The position numbers were made by a program, and so were the translations under genes. The notes beneath the pieces are model-generated. The model made no database searches, was not told the DNA's origin, and saw nothing but the letters and a program-made list of their open reading frames with translations. Positions 25,544-32,000 of a DNA stretch of 32,000 nucleotides are shown here, piece after piece (position 1 is the stretch's first letter; each line of letters begins with the position of its first letter). The stretch comes from Candidatus Syntropharchaeum caldarium (lineage in GTDB: Archaea; Halobacteriota; Syntropharchaeia; Syntropharchaeales; Syntropharchaeaceae): positions 43,610-75,609 of the forward strand of contig LYOS01000004.1 in the NCBI GenBank assembly GCA_001766815.1. Direction: 5' to 3'.

Positions 25544-26313
25544 TGATTACAAAAGCAGCAGTATATGGATTAAATGGAGATCAAAGCGGTGAAATTAATT
25601 TACCCGATCATTTTAATGAGGAATATCGACCAGATATTATAAAACGAGCTGTACTTGCAGCGCAGGCCAATCGACTTCAGCCATACGGTCCAAACCGGTA
25701 TTCGGGCATCAGAACATCTGCTGTGGGCTGGGGCACAGGCAGGGGTGTTTCAAGGGTTCCAAGAGTCAAGAACGGCAGGCGTGGAATGCTTGTACCACAG
25801 GCTGTTGGTGGCAGGCGGGCTCACCCCCCAAAGCCTCAAAAGAATCTTACAGAGAAGATTAATAGAAAAGAGCGGCATAAAGCGATTAGATCGGCGATTG
25901 CAGCAAGTGCACAGCTTGAGCTTGTGCAGAGGCGTGGACACAGAGTAGATGACACACTTACACTCCCTCTTGTTGTAACAGACGAGCTTGAAAAGATACA
26001 GAAGACAGAGGATGTTATCGCATTTCTGGAATCAATTAATATCATGGAAGATATTATCGCTTCCAAGCGCAGCAAGAAGGTGAGAGCTGGGAAAGGAAAG
26101 ATGCGCGGCAGGCGGTATAAGTCAAAAAAGAGTCTCCTGTTTGTTATCAGCAAAGATCAGGGAATTGTGAAGGCTGCAAGGAACTTACCCGGCGTGGACA
26201 TTACAACAGTGGATGGGTTGAATGCTGAGTTACTTGCGCCTGGCACAAATGCTGGCAGGCTCACGATCTGGACAACGTCTGCAATCGAAGAACTTAAGAA
26301 GAGGTTTCTATGA
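25543..26313 (+). CDS. rpl4: 50S ribosomal protein L4 (uL4, L1e)
   Basis: Position after L3 with a 1-nt start/stop overlap. Motifs [18 protein letters not shown] and GKGKMRGRRY. Confidence 0.95.
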   Translation: MITKAAVYGLNGDQSGEINLPDHFNEEYRPDIIKRAVLAAQANRLQPYGPNRYSGIRTSAVGWGTGRGVSRVPRVKNGRRGMLVPQAVGGRRAHPPKPQKNLTEKINRKERHKAIRSAIAASAQLELVQRRGHRVDDTLTLPLVVTDELEKIQKTEDVIAFLESINIMEDIIASKRSKKVRAGKGKMRGRRYKSKKSLLFVISKDQGIVKAARNLPGVDITTVDGLNAELLAPGTNAGRLTIWTTSAIEELKKRFL

Positions 26314-26558
26314 TCATCAAACACGTGGTAGTAACTGAGAAATCGAACCTTGCAATGGAGGAGAAGAACGAACTGCAATTTATCGTTGACATATCTGCAA
26401 ACAAATCGCAGATCATTAATGAGATTGAAGACAGGTTTGATGTGACAGTGCTGAGTGTGAGAACAGCCATAACTCCCAGGGGCGAGAAGAAAGCCTATGT
26501 GACGCTTTCTGAAGCAGACTCTGCAGATGCGCTCATCACGAAAATGGGGGTGCTCTGA
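26310..26558 (+). CDS. rpl23: 50S ribosomal protein L23 (uL23)
   Basis: 82 aa, with VVTEKS...LQFIVD and [12 protein letters not shown] overlap with L4. Confidence 0.9.
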   Translation: MIIKHVVVTEKSNLAMEEKNELQFIVDISANKSQIINEIEDRFDVTVLSVRTAITPRGEKKAYVTLSEADSADALITKMGVL

Positions 26559-27280
26559 TGGGAAAGCGTATCATATCACAGCGAAGAGGTCGTGGAAGAC
26601 CAACGTACAGATCGCCATCGCATAAGTACAGGGCAAAACTTGAGCATGTGAAGCCGGGTGCAGGAGATGTGCGTGTAGGCGGGCTTGTCATTGATATAGT
26701 CCACGATCCTGCAAGAAGTGCACCTGTGGGGCTTGTAAAACTCGAGAACGGAGAAAAGAAGTATATTATTATTCCTGAAGGGGTCTGCGTTGGAGATGAG
26801 CTTGCGTGGGGACGAGGAGTTCCAGTAAAACCTGGAAACACGCTACCGCTCAAAGATATCCCCGAAGGCTCGCTTGTATGTAACATCGAGTCCAGACCGG
26901 GTGATGGTGGGAAGTTTGTCAGATCCTCGGGCACAGCTGCAACAGTGGTTTCACACGAGGTTGATAAGAATAGAACAATGGTTCAACTCCCGAGTGGATC
27001 GCTTAAATGGCTTCCTATGAGATGTATGGCAACCATAGGTGTTGTGGCAGGAGGAGGCAGGCTTGATAAGCCTTTTGTTAAAGCAGGCACGAAATATCAT
27101 AAGCTCAGGAGCCGTGCAACAAAATATCCGCGAACGAGTGCTGTTGCAATGAACCCGGTTGATCATCCTTTTGGTGGCGGTGGCAAGCAACACACAGGAA
27201 AGCCAAAGACCGTTGCAAGAGGTGCATCGCCAGGTAGAAAGGTTGGGAGCATTGCTGCCCGCAGAACAGGAAAGAGGTGA
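26558..27280 (+). CDS. rpl2: 50S ribosomal protein L2 (uL2)
   Basis: Motifs [21 protein letters not shown] and [13 protein letters not shown]. Confidence 0.95.
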   Translation: MGKRIISQRRGRGRPTYRSPSHKYRAKLEHVKPGAGDVRVGGLVIDIVHDPARSAPVGLVKLENGEKKYIIIPEGVCVGDELAWGRGVPVKPGNTLPLKDIPEGSLVCNIESRPGDGGKFVRSSGTAATVVSHEVDKNRTMVQLPSGSLKWLPMRCMATIGVVAGGGRLDKPFVKAGTKYHKLRSRATKYPRTSAVAMNPVDHPFGGGGKQHTGKPKTVARGASPGRKVGSIAARRTGKR

Positions 27281-27286
27281 TAATAA

Positions 27287-27703
27287 ATGGTTAAGAAACG
27301 ACGAAAGGGAAAGATAACGAAGAAACGAGAGGAGTTTACATATCGCGGATACACTGTTGATCAATTGAAGAAGATGAATCTCAACAAGTTTGCAACACTG
27401 CTTCCGGCAAGAGAACGGCGCAGTATTCTCAGGGGATTTACCGAAGCAGAGCAGAAGCTTCTGAAACGGGTGAAAGAAGGGGATCAGACAATAAAAACAC
27501 ATCTTAGAGAGATGGTCATCCTTCCTGAGATGGTTGGGATAAATCTGGGCATTCACAATGGCAGGACATTTGAGTATGTCGAGGTTAAACCAGAGATGAT
27601 CGGACACAGGATTGGTGAGTTTGCTCTCACGAGAAAACGGGTGACGCATGGTAGTGCTGGTATTGGTGCGACAAGATCGAGTAAGTACATACCACTCAAG
27701 TGA
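27287..27703 (+). CDS. rps19: 30S ribosomal protein S19 (uS19)
   Basis: Motifs GIHNGRTF..VEVKPEMIGHRIGEFALTRK and its position in the operon. Confidence 0.95.
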   Translation: MVKKRRKGKITKKREEFTYRGYTVDQLKKMNLNKFATLLPARERRSILRGFTEAEQKLLKRVKEGDQTIKTHLREMVILPEMVGINLGIHNGRTFEYVEVKPEMIGHRIGEFALTRKRVTHGSAGIGATRSSKYIPLK

Positions 27704-28176
27704 TCGATATGGGACGTATGAATTATACCTTCAATGTACAGGAAGTTGATGAGGAGCGAACCGCTAAGGCAATGAGGAGCGAGATGCATATATCGCCCAA
27801 GCATGCATTCGAGATCTGCCGTGCGATCAAAGGTAAGATGACAGAAGATGCAAAGGCGTACCTCGAAGATGTCATAAATATGCGGAGGTCTGTGCCGTTC
27901 AAGCGACACAAACGCGATGTTGCCCATCGAAGCGACCTTGTTGGCTGGGATGCGGGTCGCTATCCTGTCAAGGCGGCATCTGAGATCCTGAAACTCATTG
28001 TTGATGCAGAGAATAACGCTGTTTATAAGGATATTGAGCCTGAACGGATGCGGATCAAGCATATCGCAACCAAGAAGGGTAGAACAATTCGTGGTTTCAC
28101 ACCACGTGCGATGGGACGCGCCACACCGAAAAACACAGAGACGGTTACGGTTGAAATTTTGTTAGAGGAGATCTAA
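27700..28176 (+). CDS. rpl22: 50S ribosomal protein L22 (uL22)
   Basis: [15 protein letters not shown] plus a C-terminal [16 protein letters not shown] 27700 forms a GTGA overlap with S19; ATG 27709 is an alternative start. Confidence 0.9.
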   Translation: MIDMGRMNYTFNVQEVDEERTAKAMRSEMHISPKHAFEICRAIKGKMTEDAKAYLEDVINMRRSVPFKRHKRDVAHRSDLVGWDAGRYPVKAASEILKLIVDAENNAVYKDIEPERMRIKHIATKKGRTIRGFTPRAMGRATPKNTETVTVEILLEEI

Positions 28177-28847
28177 TGGCGATAGAGAAAAAATTCGTTG
28201 AAGAAGGATATAAAACAGCACTTCTGGACGAGTACTTTCTGGAACGATTGAGCAGACAGGGCTATGGCGGCATGGAGATCAATCGAACGCCGCTTGGTAC
28301 GCAGATAACAGTGTATGCAGAAAGACCCGGGATGGTCATTGGAAAAGCTGGAAAGACGATCAGAAGGCTTACAACTGACATCATCAAAAATTTTAATTAC
28401 GAGAATCCACAGATTGATGTTCAGGAAGTACCAAAGAACGAGTTGAATGCTCTGATGATGGCAACTCGTCTTGCAAATGTCCTCGAACGTGGCTGGTACT
28501 TCAGGAAGGCAGCACATTCAACACTCAGACAGGTTATGGATGCGGGCGCGCTTGGCTGCGAGGTCATACTTTCAGGAAAACTCACAGGTCCAAGGTCCAG
28601 AACAGAGAAGGTCGTAGAAGGGTATATGAAACATGCAGGTAAACCTGCCGAGGATCTGGTTAACAAGGGCTTTGCAATTGCAAAACGAAAACTCGGCGTT
28701 ATCGGCGTGAGTGTCTGGATTGTTCCACCAGATGCGGTACTTCCCGATGCCTTCGAGGTACTCGATAGCGAGGAAACTGTTATATCTGAGAATGAAGAGA
28801 AAGAAGAAGTGGAGAAGAAAGAGGATGACGAGACTGAGGTATCGTGA
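28176..28847 (+). CDS. rps3: 30S ribosomal protein S3 (uS3) with an acidic C-terminal tail
   Basis: KH domain ([13 protein letters not shown]). The C-terminal tail is [19 protein letters not shown]. Confidence 0.95.
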   Translation: MAIEKKFVEEGYKTALLDEYFLERLSRQGYGGMEINRTPLGTQITVYAERPGMVIGKAGKTIRRLTTDIIKNFNYENPQIDVQEVPKNELNALMMATRLANVLERGWYFRKAAHSTLRQVMDAGALGCEVILSGKLTGPRSRTEKVVEGYMKHAGKPAEDLVNKGFAIAKRKLGVIGVSVWIVPPDAVLPDAFEVLDSEETVISENEEKEEVEKKEDDETEVS

Positions 28848-29040
28848 TTTGGTTAAGATGCGTGATGAAGAACTTGGTGATGAGTTAGGGCGATTGGAGA
28901 ATGAGCTTATTCAGGAACGAGGTATCTCTGCTTCAGGTGGCGCACCGACCAACCCAAATGCTATCGGGCAAATTAAAAAGGATATAGCAAGAATAAAGAC
29001 TGTTCAACGAGAACGTCGGGGGGATAATGCCAGTCTGTGA
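28825..29040 (+). CDS. rpl29: 50S ribosomal protein L29 (uL29)
   Basis: [33 protein letters not shown] matches the L29 N-terminal pattern. The track start 28711 is a spurious extension inside S3. The gene overlaps the S3 tail by 23 nt. Confidence 0.9.
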   Translation: MTRLRYRDLVKMRDEELGDELGRLENELIQERGISASGGAPTNPNAIGQIKKDIARIKTVQRERRGDNASL

Positions 29041-29329
29041 AAAATGTGGTTTACCGGAGGATCTCTGTGTCTGTGAAGAGATCCTGAAGGAAACACAAAG
29101 AGTAAAGGTTTCAAAGACAAAGCGGCGATTTAACAAGTGGATGACGATTGTAGAGGGAATCGATGAAAGAGATATCGATCTCAAGAATCTCTCAAAGGAG
29201 CTTAAGGGCGCGTGTGCCTGTGGTGGTACAGTAAAGAAAGGTCGTATAGAGCTTCAAGGAGATCAGCAGGATCGGGTGAAGGACTATTTAGAGCGGAAGG
29301 GATATTCGATCGAACTTCGAGAGGTATGA
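29027..29329 (+). CDS. sui1: Translation initiation factor aSUI1 (aIF1)
   Basis: N-terminal zinc knuckle [14 protein letters not shown] and the SUI1 core [14 protein letters not shown]...[14 protein letters not shown]. Confidence 0.9.
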   Translation: MPVCEKCGLPEDLCVCEEILKETQRVKVSKTKRRFNKWMTIVEGIDERDIDLKNLSKELKGACACGGTVKKGRIELQGDQQDRVKDYLERKGYSIELREV

Positions 29330-30234
29330 TTCTTTTATCTGGTGGCACCGGGACACCAAAACTCATACAGGGACTGATGCAAATAATTCCTGCTGAAAAG
29401 ATCACGGCTATCGTCAATACCGCGGATGATATGTGGGTTTCCGGTAACCTGGTTTCACCTGATGTTGACACCGTCCTCTATACATTTGCCGGCATCATCG
29501 ATGATGAGAAGTGGTGGGGCATAAAGAACGACTCATTTAGGACATATGAGCGCCTCAAAAGCTGCGGACATGGGGAGGAGATGATGATCGGTGATCTCGA
29601 TCGTGCAACACATATTCTCAGAAGTGAGCTTATCAGAAATGGTGTGCGCCTGACAGATGCGACATCAAGGATCTGTGCACAGATGGGAATTCGCTCAAAG
29701 GTACTACCTATGTCAGATGCCCCTGTATCGACCATTGTAGCGACCCCAGACGGAGATCTCGGATTTCAGAAGTTCTGGGTGGAGTTGAAGGGTGAACCTG
29801 AGGTTCTTGATATCAGGTTCGATGGTATCGAATCAGCAGAACCCACACCCGAGGTCAGGGATGCACTTCAATCTGGCGATACAATTGTAATTGGACCGAG
29901 CAACCCGATCACATCGATTGGTCCGATTCTCGCACTCGATGGCATCACAGAGATCCTTAAAAAGGCTAAAGTTGTTGTGATAAGCCCGATCATTGGTGAT
30001 AAGCCTGTGAGCGGTCCTGCTGGAAAGTTCATGGATGCACTGGGTATCGATGTCTCCTCAAAAGGGATACTTGATCTTTACCACGAGATTGTTGATATAT
30101 TCATACACGACATAAGGGACGAATGCGAACTTACATGTGATTCGTGTGATATCCTGAGGGCTGATACGATGATGAGCAATATCGATCGAGCAGAGGCGTT
30201 TGCCAGGTTTGTCTATGAGGTAAGCTACAATTGA
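29326..30234 (+). CDS. cofD: 2-phospho-L-lactate transferase CofD (coenzyme F420 biosynthesis)
   Basis: [23 protein letters not shown] and [13 protein letters not shown] are CofD hallmarks. ATG 29326 forms an ATGA overlap with the aSUI1 stop and is preceded by GAGG. The track start 29212 is an out-of-context extension inside sui1. Confidence 0.9.
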   Translation: MILLSGGTGTPKLIQGLMQIIPAEKITAIVNTADDMWVSGNLVSPDVDTVLYTFAGIIDDEKWWGIKNDSFRTYERLKSCGHGEEMMIGDLDRATHILRSELIRNGVRLTDATSRICAQMGIRSKVLPMSDAPVSTIVATPDGDLGFQKFWVELKGEPEVLDIRFDGIESAEPTPEVRDALQSGDTIVIGPSNPITSIGPILALDGITEILKKAKVVVISPIIGDKPVSGPAGKFMDALGIDVSSKGILDLYHEIVDIFIHDIRDECELTCDSCDILRADTMMSNIDRAEAFARFVYEVSYN

Positions 30235-31316
30235 GGGCGATTTCAATCTGTGAACTCAAGGTTGAGCTTCAGAGTCTTGGTGTGAGAACAGAAGGGGATA
30301 AAAGGGGTAGAAAGAGTGGTGCAGGCCCTGCAGCAGGTATGGTTCTACTATTTGATAATGGTTCGCAGGTGAATGTTCCAACGATGAGCTGGTTTGTGGA
30401 AGATTCGCCATATTCGCTTCATCCAATCGCCGAAGATCGATTTATCCTCAAATACAAAGAAGAGGAGATTACCACAGTTGCTGCACCACCGATTCCGCGT
30501 TTTTACAGCCTGAAAACCGCATCAGGTATCCCCTACTGGAAGATTGCACTCCTTCATGGGAAGGATTGCCTCTCAACGACCGTGCTCCAGCACTGTATCC
30601 ACTGGAATACAAAAGATGTCTGCAAATTCTGTGCCATCGGGTTATCACTTAGAGAGGGCAGAACGATCGCAAGAAAGAGGCCCGAAGATCTGGCAGAAGT
30701 CGCAAAGCATGCAGTTGAACTCGATGATGTGAAACACGTCACACTCACAACAGGTTCAACCAGGGATGAAACGAGATGTGTCAAAATTCTTAAAGATGCG
30801 GCATCTGCCATAAAAGAGGTTGCAGATCTCGCAATCCACGTACAGCTTGAACCACTTGAGAATACTCAGCTATTCCATGAACTGAAAAGTGCGGGTGTTG
30901 ATACGGTCGGGATTCATATCGAAAGCTTTGACCATGATGTACTCAAGGTTATGGCGCCATGCAAGGCGAAACTCGGCTTTGATCGCTACATAAAGGCGTG
31001 GGAAAGTGCAGTTGAGATTTTTGGAGCTGGAGAGGTTAGCACGTTTATAATCGCAGGGCTTGGAGAGAGTGATCGCTCGATCATCGAAGGTTCAGCGAAG
31101 CTTGCGTCGATCGGGGTCTATCCATTCATTGTGCCGTTAAGACCGATTCCAGGCACACCACTTGAACGTTTCGCACCGCCTGAGCCAGCGCGAATGTTAT
31201 CGATATACAGTGAGGTTGCCAGATTGTTGAGAGATTATCGTATCTCGTGGAAAACCTCCCGTGCAGGTTGTGTGCGATGTATGGCGTGCTCTGCAATGGG
31301 GGATTTCGAGCTGTGA
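30231..31316 (+). CDS. BioB/LipA-related radical-SAM-like protein with a non-canonical cysteine motif
   Basis: C-x8-C-x2-C (CIHWNTKDVCKFC, 30594-30632) replaces CX3CX2C, with a further Cys 8 residues upstream. BioB/LipA-like core motifs are GVDTVGIHIESFD and TFIIAGLGESD. The C-terminus carries CVRCMAC (CxxCxxC). TTG 30231 overlaps the cofD stop (TTGA), with GAGGT 9 nt upstream. Confidence 0.7.
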   Translation: MRAISICELKVELQSLGVRTEGDKRGRKSGAGPAAGMVLLFDNGSQVNVPTMSWFVEDSPYSLHPIAEDRFILKYKEEEITTVAAPPIPRFYSLKTASGIPYWKIALLHGKDCLSTTVLQHCIHWNTKDVCKFCAIGLSLREGRTIARKRPEDLAEVAKHAVELDDVKHVTLTTGSTRDETRCVKILKDAASAIKEVADLAIHVQLEPLENTQLFHELKSAGVDTVGIHIESFDHDVLKVMAPCKAKLGFDRYIKAWESAVEIFGAGEVSTFIIAGLGESDRSIIEGSAKLASIGVYPFIVPLRPIPGTPLERFAPPEPARMLSIYSEVARLLRDYRISWKTSRAGCVRCMACSAMGDFEL

Positions 31317-32000
31317 GAAGATGTGATAAGTGCAACTCTGATGCGATCATCTATCAACGATACTCAGGTATGCATCTCTGCGAGAGTCACTTCAAGGAAG
31401 ATCTTCGAAGAAAGATCAAAAAAACAATCAGAAAGCACAGGATGATAAAATCAGGTGATAAAATTGCTGTTGCCCTGAGTGGAGGTAAAGACAGTTTTTT
31501 ACTTCTAAAGATACTTCACGAGATCATAGCGGTAAGGCCTGATGTTGAGCTGATCGTGATAAGTGTTGATGAAGGTATCGAGGGCTATCGTGACGAGATT
31601 TTAAGTAGAGCATTGCGGTTCGCAGATGAAATGGGCATTCAATCGAGAATAGGTAAGTTCAAGGATGAATTTGGTGTGACCATGGATGAGATTGTAAGGC
31701 AGGACTTTCCCGAGGCACCCTGCTCATTCTGTGGGGTATTCAGGCGGGCGATCTTAAATAAACTTGCAAAGGAGAATGGAGCAACAAAAGTTGCAACAGG
31801 GCACAACCTCGATGACGAGGCTCAATCAATACTTATGAACTATCTAAAAGGAGATATAGACCGTCTCGCACGCCTTATGCCAGAAAGATCGGTAGATGGA
31901 TTGATTCCGCGAATAAAACCACTTCGAGAGATACCAGAGCGAGAGATCACACTCTTCGGAATTCTGGAAGGTTTTCCAACCTCTGTCAGGAAGTGCCCTT
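31313..32000 (+). CDS. TtuA/Ncs6(NcsA)-family PP-loop ATPase (tRNA 2-thiolation-type sulfurtransferase). Partial: it runs off the right edge.
   Basis: GTG 31313 forms a GTGA overlap with the upstream stop. N-terminal zinc finger CDKC...CESH, PP-loop ALSGGKDS, Fe-S ligand motif PCSFCGVFRR, GHNLDDEAQS, and a final KCP. It is not in the ORF track because no stop lies in the window. Confidence 0.8.
   Translation, partial: MRRCDKCNSDAIIYQRYSGMHLCESHFKEDLRRKIKKTIRKHRMIKSGDKIAVALSGGKDSFLLLKILHEIIAVRPDVELIVISVDEGIEGYRDEILSRALRFADEMGIQSRIGKFKDEFGVTMDEIVRQDFPEAPCSFCGVFRRAILNKLAKENGATKVATGHNLDDEAQSILMNYLKGDIDRLARLMPERSVDGLIPRIKPLREIPEREITLFGILEGFPTSVRKCP

Noticed and set aside
26951-28062. Minus-strand ORFs of 232 aa and 169 aa across L2/S19/L22
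   Set aside because: They are antisense to universally conserved ribosomal protein genes. Their translations are Cys/Leu/Ser-rich without motifs.
28711-29325. Long 5' extensions of L29 (28711-28824) and CofD (29212-29325) in the track. Similar extensions occur at DnaJ (9017-9061), AclB (24383-24415), the signal peptidase (3514-3615), PIN (7686-7769) and the 2454 gene (2883-2915).
   Set aside because: These are longest-ORF artefacts. The extensions lie inside upstream genes in other frames, lack homology to the families' conserved N-termini, and better starts with SD motifs or 4-nt stop/start overlaps exist downstream.
1-32000. Scan for CRISPR arrays, rRNA/tRNA genes, transposases, integrases, toxin-antitoxin or known defence-system genes
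   Set aside because: None was recognised. The only direct repeats are the intragenic PKD units. The single PIN-domain gene is the conserved housekeeping type coupled to aIF2-gamma and has no adjacent antitoxin-like ORF.

Overview
The window is an archaeal chromosomal segment. Evidence: an archaeal histone, aIF2-gamma, aSUI1, the archaeal order of the L3-L4-L23-L2-S19-L22-S3-L29 ribosomal-protein cluster, Sec11-type signal peptidase, RibL, ApgM and the F420 gene cofD. It resembles a methanogen/ANME-like euryarchaeon; I cannot name the species from sequence alone. Coding density is about 90% and most genes are housekeeping. I found no CRISPR array, tRNA/rRNA gene, transposase or integrase.

The ORF track reports the longest ORF using ATG/GTG/TTG starts and omits ORFs that run off the window. 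I therefore:
- added two edge-truncated genes: a PKD-repeat surface protein at the left edge and a TtuA/Ncs6-type PP-loop ATPase at the right edge;
- added one 41-codon zinc-ribbon ORF;
- shortened several 5' extensions using Shine-Dalgarno motifs and start/stop overlaps.

Observations most worth follow-up:
1. A 636-aa fusion of an asparagine-synthase-like enzyme lacking the catalytic Cys2 to a Dph6-type (diphthine-ammonia ligase) domain, sitting in a coupled aIF2-gamma/PIN operon.
2. A cofD / BioB-LipA-like radical-SAM (non-canonical Cx8Cx2C plus C-terminal CxxCxxC) / TtuA-like chain joined by overlapping stop/start codons and attached directly to the end of the ribosomal-protein operon.
3. 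An aclB-aclA-icd (ATP-citrate lyase + isocitrate dehydrogenase) operon.
4. Near-identical 507/504-bp tandem repeats with localised divergent patches inside the surface-protein gene.
5. A Ca2+/cation-antiporter gene whose first transmembrane helix is encoded upstream of any canonical start, next to an out-of-frame ATG-TAA start-stop.
6. A low-GC island carrying a GT4 / GH130 / DUF457 trio.
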